A stretch of DNA of 64,000 nt from Octopus sinensis. Lineage: Eukaryota. Of this stretch, positions 37,401 through 49,400 are shown one piece after another. The notes below the pieces were generated by a model. That model searched no databases, was not told the DNA's origin, and saw only the letters and a list, made by a program, of their open reading frames with translations. The stretch's first letter is position 1. Every line of letters begins with the position of its first letter. The stretch covers positions 49,972,001-50,036,000 of the forward strand of contig NC_043010.1 of assembly GCF_006345805.1 (NCBI RefSeq), in the 5' to 3' direction. A program made the translations under genes and the position numbers.

Positions 37401-40400
37401 TGGCTCTGTAGTACAAATGTCTTGTTTTCATAAGTTTTGTATTACAATATACCACCAAACCTTAGTCGCAATTTATGTTCCTAACACTAGCTTAATGATA
37501 ACTAAGTTATTTTACTAAATTCTTTCTTATATTTAAAATAATTGAAAGAAACATAGAGCATCTCAAAATAAATACAGTAACGAAAGGGTTAAAAGTGCTG
37601 CCCGGGATGGACCGCCTCCCCCCACCCCCACTATGCTAGTGCTTAGGACATTACCAAGTTTAAATCTAGCATTAACTAAGGCAATACGATTTCATTGTTT
37701 TATCAATGAATTAGACTTATATCAACAGAATGTATTTGATGGCAGTGAAGTGATGCATGTTCGCTCTCAGGTCTAGGCATTCAGATACTGATTGTTAGAA
37801 ATAATAGATATTTGATTCAACTTACTGGGACAAAAATTCATCACACAACAGTTCTGCAGGTTCTTTTAATTCCAGGAGTAAATCAACACACTCAGCCAGT
37901 TCTTTAGGACTTGACTGAAAAGAATATATACATATAATGTAAGTAAGTATACATACATATATTCAGCATACAGAATAACGATAATTTCTAATATAGGTAT
38001 AAAGCCCAAGTTTACAAAGGAGATGGGTGAATTGATTTAAACAACCCCCAACAAATATTCATTTATTTTTTCATTTCATTTATTTACTTGTTTCAGTCAT
38101 TTGACCCCGACCATGCTGGAGCACCGCTTTTAGAGAAATCAACTTCAGGACTTATTCCTTGTAAGCTTAGTACTTATTCTATTGCTCTCTTATGCTGAAC
38201 TACTAAGTTACAGGGTCATAAACACACCAACATTGGTTGTCAAGCGATGGTGGGAGACAAGTACAAACACACAAAAATATATACATATATATATATATAT
38301 AAACACACACACATATATATATATGATGGGCTTCTTTCAGTTTCCGCCTACCAAATCCACTCATGAGGTTTTGATCAGTCTGTGACTATAGTAGAAGGCA
38401 CTTGCCCAAGGTGCCACGCAGTGGGACTGAACCTGAAACTATGTCGTTGGGAAGCAAGCTTCTTACCACACAGCCACGCTGCACCTATACTTTATATATA
38501 TTACTGACTCCAAAAATGTGAAGAGCAAAGATGAAGTAAATGGTCGATACTTTAAACCATCTGACATTACCATTTCTGCTATACCACAACCCTAGGCATT
38601 TTTTTTTCTATTTTTGTTTTATTGTAATTTCCCAGGAGAAAGGGAGATGAGGTTGATTTCTAAATTTTACACAATGGAATCAATTTGCAGGAAGAATTTA
38701 GTAGGTTTAACAAACTGTTGGCTAATTGTGGTGAAGATGCTGGCAATTGATCTTCTGATCAAATCGGGAAAACTGTTTCTATTAATTATTCAAACAACTG
38801 ATACTGTCAGTTAATAGTAATCTTTGACAGAAGTGTCACTAGTTTTTGATGATATTTGAACTCTGGACATACAGAGGTGGAATAGATACCACAAGGCCTC
38901 CTGTCTGATACTCTAACAATTCTAACAGCTCTACTTCTCTGGACTGGTGTCCTGTTTTACCAAGCCCATCCCCCCCTCCAAAGAAAGGTCCAGTCCTTGT
39001 TGTGGTGTGGTGGCTTGTTTGCTTCAATGACACACGGCACTATGCCAGTGGAATGCAAGCTCCTGGGAGGGCCTGGCATGCTAGACAGGTCAAAGGACAG
39101 AGGCCAGATTAATATGGACCACCTCTTTGCAAAGGTAAAAGTGAATTTGCATAAGGTCAACATCCCAATCTAGAAGAAAAGCAAAGTTACAGAACTGTCA
39201 ATGAGAATTCAAAACCAACAAGACCTGGGAGAGGAAAACCTTCTCAGGTAGTGCCCCCACACTAAGAGAGTGGCTCTGAAGATGGCCCAGAGCCAAGAAG
39301 AGTGGAGAAAAGTCATCGATGGCCTATACTATATAAGGAGAAAAGGGCTTAAGTAAGGAAGAAAGAATAAAAGTTGAAGTTGACTGTAGCAAGATTTGAA
39401 CTCAGAACATAAAGCTCCACAGCTAAATACTTGACATTTTGTCTTGTGTTCAAACAATTCTGCCAATCCACCACTCTAATATTCAACATAGACAGAAGGA
39501 TAGAAATTTGGAGGAAAGGGCTTAATCAAATCAATCCCAGAACTTGACTGGTGATTTATTTTATCAACAATGGAAAGATCAAGTCAAAATAATCTAACAG
39601 GATCTGAACTCTGACCATAAAGGGACACAACTACAAACTAAAGCATTTTTGTCTATCATACTGGCAATTCTGACATCTACTGCCCAAATAACAATAATAA
39701 TAATGTACACATATACATAAAAACCCAAACATTATGTCTTGTTAAGTGTAAGATCACTCCTATATTAAAAACAATCTTATGATGTAAACTGGTTTTAGCT
39801 GTTATGACAAAAGATTTCCAATGTATTTACATCTTTCTCTTGAAATTTCTCCTTCAGTTTTTGGCAAAGTTCATCTACAATTACTAGACAGTCCTCATGA
39901 ATTCGTTTAAAGCTTGGCATATGATTGTATTGGATAAGTACTTTCTCAGCTTTAGTGTAATATCTGGTTGTATAAAGAGAAAAAGAGAAAAAAATAGTGA
40001 CTTTGATTCATTATTGAGTATTTGGGTATGCCTTTATTTTAAATGGGTTTTTCTTAGCAACAATATAATTATATTCTTTCAATGAGACATAAGGTGAAAT
40101 TTTATAGTGAAAGTTATAAAGAAGTTGAAGTAACAGTAGTATATCATCGTGAGATAAAAACAGAAAAAAATATAGAGATATTTAGTTCAGCCCCACCATT
40201 TCAAACAACACAACTGCAGTAATATTAGTATCAAATTTTCACACAAGGCCAGTAATTTCAGGGAAAGGGCTAAGTCAATTACATCATCCCCAGTGACCAA
40301 GTGATACTTATTTTATCGACCTTGAAAAGATGAAAGGCAAAGTCAACCTCAGTGGAATTTAAACTCAGGATGTAAAGGTGGCTGAAATGCTGCTAAGCAT

Positions 40401-43400
40401 TATGCCTGGCGTGTTAACGATTTTGCCAGTTCACAGCCTTATCCACAACTGCAGTAATTTTGTTACAAAATATAATACAGAAAAATGCAGCTCAAAAGTT
40501 ACCATTTTAAGACTGTTGTTAAGATCCACAGCAAATCACAGACAGTCCTCGCCTTATTTATGGAAAACAACTTCTAGGCTGGATTCCAAGAATGGCAGGA
40601 ATGCTGGGTCTGGTATATTGTGGTGCAAGGTGACTATTTCAAAAGAGATGATGTTAAAACTTAGGTAAATAAGTTATTTTTTTTATTAAACATAACTAGT
40701 CCAGGAACCTTTTGATACCACCTCGTACTTAAATGTAAGAAGTAGCGTGTGAGCATAGCTCATTTAAAAGTTAACTTTTTTTGGCAAGAGTTTAATGAAA
40801 ATTTTCCCATCAGTTAAACTATATAGAAAGGGTGATCAGTTATAAAATAATACTTTGAGAAAAAAACACAGATCCAATCAATTTTAGGGTTTAAGCAAAG
40901 GAGAAAAATATTTTTAAAATTGTAGAAGGGTCATTAAAACAAAGACAATCCTAGAATAATTATATTTTTTCCTTCTTTACATTCAGCTATAGCAAAGTTT
41001 CTTACCTAACTGCTTGACTGTAAGCTTTCATCTCTACACATTTCTTTAAACGTGCTGGAAGTTCAAACAAGAACTGGAGCTAGAATCCAAAGAAAAAAAA
41101 ATTAAAAGGAAATTTAATTAACAATTTCAATTAAAATGGAAGCAAAAATTTGTGAAGAAAATGCAATTAGCACATGGAAAAAAAAACATTTATATTTGGA
41201 GATATAATTTTTATCAATTTAAAAACAAGGTATTTTTAGATTATTAAGCTTGTATTTAATAACAAAACAGTTTTTAAATATTTACATGTACATCCTCTTT
41301 TAGTTAGTTTGATCTCCAAACATCATCATATCATAGTGATGTATTTAGATTAGAAATTCAAATCCAATCTGTAACTGTTGACACACAAAAAAATATTTCA
41401 TTCTCTTTTCAGGGGTTAATACTTTGAAAAGTTATAATCTAAAGAACACATTTTAAACATTTCCGGCTGTTAAAATCCTAAAGATCTTTGATAAAAATGA
41501 TTTTTGCAAATGCATAATTGAATTAATACCTTAAATACCAAGCTTGAGATCTTTCATTTTAAAATGTGCAAATTTAAATTAAACCCTTCCGTCAAAGAAC
41601 ATTTTGTTTAGATATCTACCAAACATTAACTTAATAATGGTTTCAAATTTTGCCACAAAGCCAGCATTTTTTGGGGGAGGGGACTAGTCAATTATGTCAA
41701 CCCCCAGTGCCCAACTGGTACTTATTTTATCGACCTCAAAAGGATGAAAGGCAAAGTTGCCCCTGGTGGAATTTGAACTTAGAATGTAAAGATTGACAAA
41801 ATGTGGTCAAGCATTTTGCCCAGTGTGTTGATGATTCTTTTCTACTCTAGGGAGTCGATTAGATTGACCTTAGTATGAAACTGTTCGCCTTCGGCCCAGT
41901 GCGTCCATGCTGCCAACAAAGCATGCAGAATTCTGTTCTTGATTCGACGGTCATTCGGAATGCTCACAGCAGCCATATTCCTACCACTCTATGTCACGCT
42001 GGTGAGACCCATATTGGAGTACGGGATTCAAGCCTCTTCTCCTTATCTTCTCAAAGACATACAGCATCCCGAAAGAGTCCAGAAGCTGGCTACCCGCATG
42101 GTTCATGGTCTCAAAACTTTGTCCTATGAAGAAAGGCTGAGGACGCTCAACCTTTATTCTCTTGAAAAACGCCGCCGCCGTGGTGATCTCATTCTCGCCC
42201 ACAACATCATAAGCGGAAAGTGTAACCTCTCGAAAGAGCTGTTCTTCACTCCTGCTCCAGAGCGTCGGCTGCGGGGTCATTCCGAAAAGCTCTACCTGTG
42301 ACGATTTCATCTCAATCGAAGGAGAGGAGCTTTCTCCGTCCGGGTTGCGGATCCGTGGAACAAGCTGCCAGACGAGATGGTGAAGATGCTGACGACCGCT
42401 TTGTTCAAAGCCTCCCTTGACCTCAAGTGGCCTGAACTCTTTACATGAACACCACCATGTACTTAACTCCATGTCCCCCTACATGGCCTTGCTATTTGCT
42501 TTTGAGCCAAATTAACTAACTAACTAACTTAATTCATCGATCCTAAAAAAATGAAAAGTAAAGTTGAACTTGGTGGAATTTGAACTCAGAACAAAGACAG
42601 ACGAAATACAACTAAGCATTTTGCCCATTGTGTTAATGTTTCTGCCAGTTCACAGTCTAATCTTAGTTTATTAAAGACATTAATTGTTTTACTAAATTGC
42701 TCCAAATTCTTGATTAACTTCTGAATTAACTAAATAATATAGACAATGTACTCCATCAGAAATATGAACCCAAATGTAAGACAACAGGATTCCTGAGAAT
42801 AAAACAAAATATTCCTAATATAAAAAAGGAAATGTAAAGACAGACAAATTGCTACTATGCATTCTTCCCGGTGTGCTAATGATTCTACCAGATTGTATTG
42901 ATGTTAAAGAGAGATTGTCACAGCAAAATGAAGGAGTATATAGAAAACATTAGCAGAAGTCATCATCATCATTATTGTTTAACGTCTGCTTACCATGCTG
43001 GCATGGGTTGGACAGTTTAACTGATGATTGGCAAACCAGAAGGCTGCACCAGGCTCCAATCTGATCTAGCAAAGTTTCTACAGCTGGATGTCCTTTCTAA
43101 TGCCAACCACTCCGAGAATGTAGAAGATGCTTTTTATGTGCCATCAGCACAGAGGCCAGTCAGGTGACACTGGCAACAACCACGCTCAAACGGTGCTTTT
43201 TACGTCCCACTAGCATGGGAACCATTCAGGCAGCACTGGCAATGACCATGCTTGAATGGTGACTTTTATGTGCCACCAGCACGGGACCAGTCAGGCAACA
43301 CTGGCATCGACCACATTTGTATGGTGCTTTTTACATGCCACTGGCACAGGTGCCAGTCAGATGGTACTGGCATTGGCCACAACAATGATTTCACTTGACT

Positions 43401-46400
43401 CAACAGGTTTTCTCAAGCACAGTATATTGCCCAATGATTGAAGGGTACTCTTGAATGGGCCAGTTATGCAACACTGGCATAGGCCGCAGTTATAGTCTCA
43501 CTTGGCTTGCCGGGTCTTCTCAAGCACAGCATATATCCAAAGATCTTGGTCACTTGTTATTGCCTCCATGAGGACCAATGTTTGAAGGTAGTGCTTCACC
43601 ACCTCATCCCAGATCTTCTTGGGTCTACGTCTTCCACAGGTTCCCTCCACTGTTAGGGTGTAACACTTTTTCACACAACTGTCCTCATCCACACGCAACA
43701 CATGACCACACCAGCGCAGTTGTCTCTCTTGCACACCACACCTGATGCTTCTTATGTCCAACTTTTCTCTCAGGATGCTTACCCTGTTGTGTATGCACAC
43801 TGACATTACACATCCAGTGGAGCATACTAGCTTCATTTCTTGCAAACTTATGCATATCCTCAGCAGTCACGGCCCATGTTTCACTGCTGTGTAGCATGGC
43901 AGTTTGCACACATGCATCATACAGTCTACCTTTCACTTTGAGCGAGAGGCCCTTTGTTACCAGCAGAGGTAGGAGCTCTCTGAACTTTGTCCAGGCTATT
44001 CTTATTCTAATAGCTATGCCTAGCAAAATGAGTTACCTTGATAGACAAAAGAATAACCAGGTATAGCACAACTTGCTTTTTAAAAAAATTACTAACTGAA
44101 CCCTTTTAATACTAATCTGTATAAGACCTTGGTTCTATGACAAAATATTCTAAATTTAAACCTTCTGTCAACCTTTCATATTATTTTTTATATTCCAAAT
44201 ACCAACTTAATCTTATCTACTAAAGGCACAAGACCTGAAATTTGGAGTTGGGGGTCAGTTGATTAGATTGATCCCACCACCGCCATCACCACCAGTACAC
44301 AACTGGTACTTTATTGACCCCAAAAGGATGAAAGGCAAAGTCGACCTCAGCGGAATTTGGTCTCAGAATGTAAAGACAGATGAAATACTGCTAAGCATTT
44401 TGCCTGGTGTGCTAACAATTCTGCCAGCTTGCCACCTTTCCAAATACCAAATACTAACTTAATAATGACAGTTATTTTGCTAAATTATTCATTATATTCA
44501 AAATTAATTGAAACAAAGGCAGCATATTTCAGAAGAAATATGATTTCATATTTTGGCACGAGGCCAGTAATCTTTTAGTGAGAGGGCTAAGTCAGTTACA
44601 TCAACCCCAACTGGTACTTAATATTTTATCAAATCAGAGAGGATGAAAGGCAAAGTGGATCTTGGCGGGATTTGAACACAGAACGTAAAATGCCAGAAGA
44701 AATGCAGGTAAAGGTGTGGTTGTGTGGTAAGAAGTTTGCTTCCCAAATAGTTCCAGGTTCAGTTCCACACTGTGGCCTCAGGCTGATCAAAGCCTTATGA
44801 GTAGATTTGATGGACCAAAACTGAAAGAATCCTATTATGTGTGTGTGTGTGTGTGTGTATGTACGCACATGCATGCGTATGTGTTTCTTTTTTTTGTGTC
44901 TGAGTTTGTCTTCCACCAATGCTTGACAACCAGTGTTGGTGTGTTTACATTGCTGTAACTTTACAATTCAGCAAAAGAGACTGATAGAATAAGTACCAGG
45001 AGAGATAAAAAAGGAGTACTGGGGTCAATTTATACAACTAAAACTTCAAGGTGGTGCCCCAGCATGGCCACAGTCCAGTGACTGAAACAAGTAAAAGATA
45101 AAAGATATGCCTTTTGGTTAATGATCTGATGATTCTACCACTTCACCAGCTTATTTCAACAGAAATATCATTAAAAAAAAAGGGGTTAAAGTCAAACAAC
45201 ATACTTTTTTTAGTAGGGCATGAACACCAGCAAGCTTTGTTATCTGCTGTCGTTGATCTTGAAGGGTGTCACTAATCTTGGCACTGAATTCTGTTATTGA
45301 AGCCATGTTGGTTGCCAGTAAATCCATCTCATCTTCCATTTTCTTAAAATCGTTTTTCATCTGAAATAAAGATAAATAAATTGTATGTGGGATGATTTAG
45401 AAGTGGTGAAATGTTATGCATAGTGTTGTGATGAGAAATGGTTACCGAGAATTATTTTTATTCAACACAAACAATGAACTACAGTATTTAAAGAACATTT
45501 ATTTCAAAAGGCTGGCTGTCAACCTTCAACCAAAATATGCCATAAGTTATCAGGACCAGATATTGACTTCTTGTCCTCCACAGTACAAGCGTTAAGGTTG
45601 CAACCAATGGTGAAAAGGATTTGGCCTGCCAGGGTCCTGTGCTGGTGCCATGAAAAAAAGGCACCAGTTAAAAGCACCCAGCACACACTGTATAGTGGTT
45701 GGCATTAGGAAGGGCATCCAGCTGTACAAGCCAAACAAAATCAGACTGGAGCCTGGTGCAGCCCTTTGGCTTGCCAGCTCTGGTCAAACTGTCCAACCCA
45801 TGTCAGCATTTGTTTATAAAAACATTTGTAACATCAATTAAATTGTGTGAGTGTGTGTATGTATACACACACACAATTGACTGCCATGAAGTTCCTGTCT
45901 ACCAAATTTTATCCACAAGTTACTGTTCAAGCTTAGGCTGTGGGTCAAAAACATTCACCCAAGGTGCCATGCAATGGGGTACTTCTTAACCTAACAGTCA
46001 TACTTGCACCTTAACAATACAAACATTATATCCCTCTACATTGCTCCTATCTTTGCAAGTTTTCATTATCACATTTGAGTTCATATAAGAAGCATTATTT
46101 TTCAAAAACAAAAAAGTCTCCAAAAGATCATTCCAGGTCCTATATGCAAAGTATCCCTCCCACATAAGCTTTAATGCATTAAAATCCCCTTTTTTTGCCC
46201 AAATATGCACTACTGAAATTAGGGTGCATCTAATATGTCCATATGTTTTTTATGCCAACCTATATGGTAGTTATGGATAATATCCATTTTTCTCAGACAC
46301 AAGGATAAACAAAAAAAAAAAAAACCCAGAGAAAATAAATGGAAAATTTCATAAAGAACCAGGGAGATTCATATAACTTTACGGAAATAAAAGCTAAAAC

Positions 46401-49400
46401 AATAAGTGAATAAAAAATATATATCACCAACATCAATGCCAACAGATAAGAGCTTACAAGATGACTTCACAACCAAATCAGTTTTAAGAGACTTCTTACC
46501 TTTCTGATTGTATCAGTAGCACTTATAAACTTGTTATAATTTTCATACACCAGGGTCTGCATTTCACTGTCCAGAGCACGGATTTGACGGACTACATCAG
46601 TCTCTCTGTCCATGAGCTCAGTCAGAGACTTCTCTCGGATAAGCTTGTTAAGGAATATATCATGCTTAAAATGGGCACCGTCAATGTCACATGGGTCGAC
46701 GGTTGTCATACCTGGTTTCTCTTCGTCTATTCCGTAATACATTTTCAACATTCCTCTGCTCTTACGGCGCATATCATCCGTCTCATCTGTCAATAAAATA
46801 TACATATATTTTTTAAACAGTTTTAATTCCATTTATATGTATGTTAAAAGAGAATGTTTGCTATGGTGTATCATTTATTCTTCTATTCGTTTCAGTCATT
46901 GGGTTGCAGTCACATTGGGCAACACTCCAAAGGAAGGGTTTAGTTGATCAAATTGGCCCCAGTAATTGCTTTAAATCTTCTATCAGTCTCTTTGAGCTGA
47001 ATCACTAAGTTATGGAGATATAAAGGAACCACCAACAGTTGTAAAGCAGTGAGAGACACATATACACACACAAGCTTCTAAATAAAAATCATTCACAAGA
47101 CAGTGGTCAAACTAGGGTTATAGTAGAAGACATTTGTCCAAGGTGCCACACAGTGGGACTGAACTTGAAACCACATGGTTGTGAAGAAAACTTCTTAACC
47201 ACACAGCCATGGCTGTCTGTTTATTTGTTGTGTGCTGAATTCCTATTTATATTGCATTAACCTTTTTGCCTTGTGGAGGCACATGGCCTAGTGGTTAGAG
47301 CAGCGGACTCGCGGTCGAGGTATCGCAGGTTTGAATCTCAGACCGGGTGATGTGTGTGTGTATGAGCGAAACACCTAAGCTCCATGTGGCTCCGGCAGAA
47401 GGTAATGGTGAACTTCTGCTGACTCTTTCGCCACAACTTTCTTTCACTCTTTCCTCCTGCATCTTGCAACTCACCTGCGACGGACCAGCGTCCCATCCAG
47501 GTGGGGAACCTATATGCCAAGGAAACCGGGAAACCGGCCCTTATGAGCCAGGCATGGCTCAAGAAGGAACAAACAAACCCATTTGCCTTAATGTTGAAAT
47601 ACTGCAATGCTTTTTATTTTCTTTTTTATTTCCACTGTTTTAACCCTTTAGCATTCAGATTATCCTGTCAAATGTAATACTTATTTTTTCACATCATTTT
47701 GAATAAATAATGTATTATCTTGTGATTTTGAGATTTTGATAATGTGGTTGTTTATTTTCTTACAATGACATTGTAGGGCAGGTGTGATAGGCTAAGTCTG
47801 TCCGGTAGAATATTTGGGCCAGATATGACCAAATTTTCATACAGCCATAGGTCAGATAAATTACTGAACCAATTATTTTTCTTTTTCAGTTCGATGTTCT
47901 TCTTATCACCAACCACTCAACCATGAATTAAAATGAAACCCATTTCCACATGAAGAATGTGTCTAGGGCACAACATAATGACTGTAGTAGTTAGGTGTAA
48001 ACCTGTGATCTGTGTGGTCAGCCATCTATGTATCATACTTAATGTAAATACCTAATTAAAGGGCAATTTACTGCAGTGTTCATTCAGAGATAACATTTCA
48101 TATCGATGTGGTTTGCTTAACCCTTTAGCATTGAAACTGTCTCAACTGTGCCAGATCTGTTATAGAGTTGATGAAACCATTGTTTATATTGTGAACGAAT
48201 GTCCTCAACTTGTCTAAAATCATTATAAGTTGTGGCAACATGATGAGATAGCGAAAGTGATACATCAGAAACTTTGTGAAAAGTGTGGGCTAGAGAGAGA
48301 CAAGGTGTGGTATGAGAGCAGCAGAGAAATCCTGTGAGATTTCCTAATCCAAACAGACCAGGTGCTTGAGTATAACAAGCTGGAACTAGTAGTGGAGGAC
48401 AGGGTGAATCACATGCGCTCATTAATTGATGTCGTGTGCCCCTTTGACACATGAATAGTCAAGAAAGAAGGTGAGAAAATAGACATATATAAAACTCTCT
48501 TAAATATGAGATGGCTTGATTGAGAAAAATGAAGAGGGTGAAGTTAGTGCCAATTATTGTTGGGGCCTTGGGGATGGAAAAGGTCAGATCTGACAGGTTT
48601 GAACATAAAACAGGTAGAATATTTCGGCTGGATATGGTTGGTTTAAATACTACCCCACCTCTCTGATACTATCCATGTAACTAGGAATGACAGTGGATCT
48701 CCCTTATGTCTTGAACCATGCGGCTGAATGTCACAGTGTAATGAGAAATGGCATTGGATCTGACCACATTTAATATTCTATGTCACCATCCTTATCTCTT
48801 TAACACTCTGTATGGGGAGTTGCACAAGATTTGTTCATATCCAATATGATATGCCTTACCATCTCTCTCTTACTAGTGAACATGTAACTGCCATTACAGT
48901 GTCTCTGCCATTATTTTCCCCATTACTCTCTCCTTTCTTACCCTTTCAACTCAGTCACTCTTTCTTTCTTCCATCAGTATTCCTGTACTGTCTCTCTATA
49001 GCCCTTTCAACCAGTGACTGTCCTAATCATACTCTCCCCCACTTTCTTCCTCATTCTTCTTTTATCAACGTTCTCTCTTAACTCTTGTTCTGTTAATATT
49101 GGTTTCAAATTTTGGCATAAGGCTAGCAACTTCGAGAAAGGGGTTGAGTCAATTACATCAAACCCAGTGCTCAACTGTTACTTATTTTATCAGCCCTGAA
49201 AGGATGTACGGCAAAATCAACTTTGGTGGAATTTGAATTCAGAATGTAAAGACAAACAAAATGCTACTAAGTATGCCTGGTGAGGTAATGGTTCTGCAGC
49301 CCAGTGACTTTCATGTTCCATTAATATTAACATAGCTTATAAAATAACTATTCACCTCTACCCCACCACTCTTATGATACTAACATAAGTTTATGCTGTG

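Noticed and set aside
45995-46270. Possible second pogo-type terminus (..GGGTGCATCTAATATG..TATATGGTA)
   Set aside because: No matching opposite TIR was found, so it is too weak to call.
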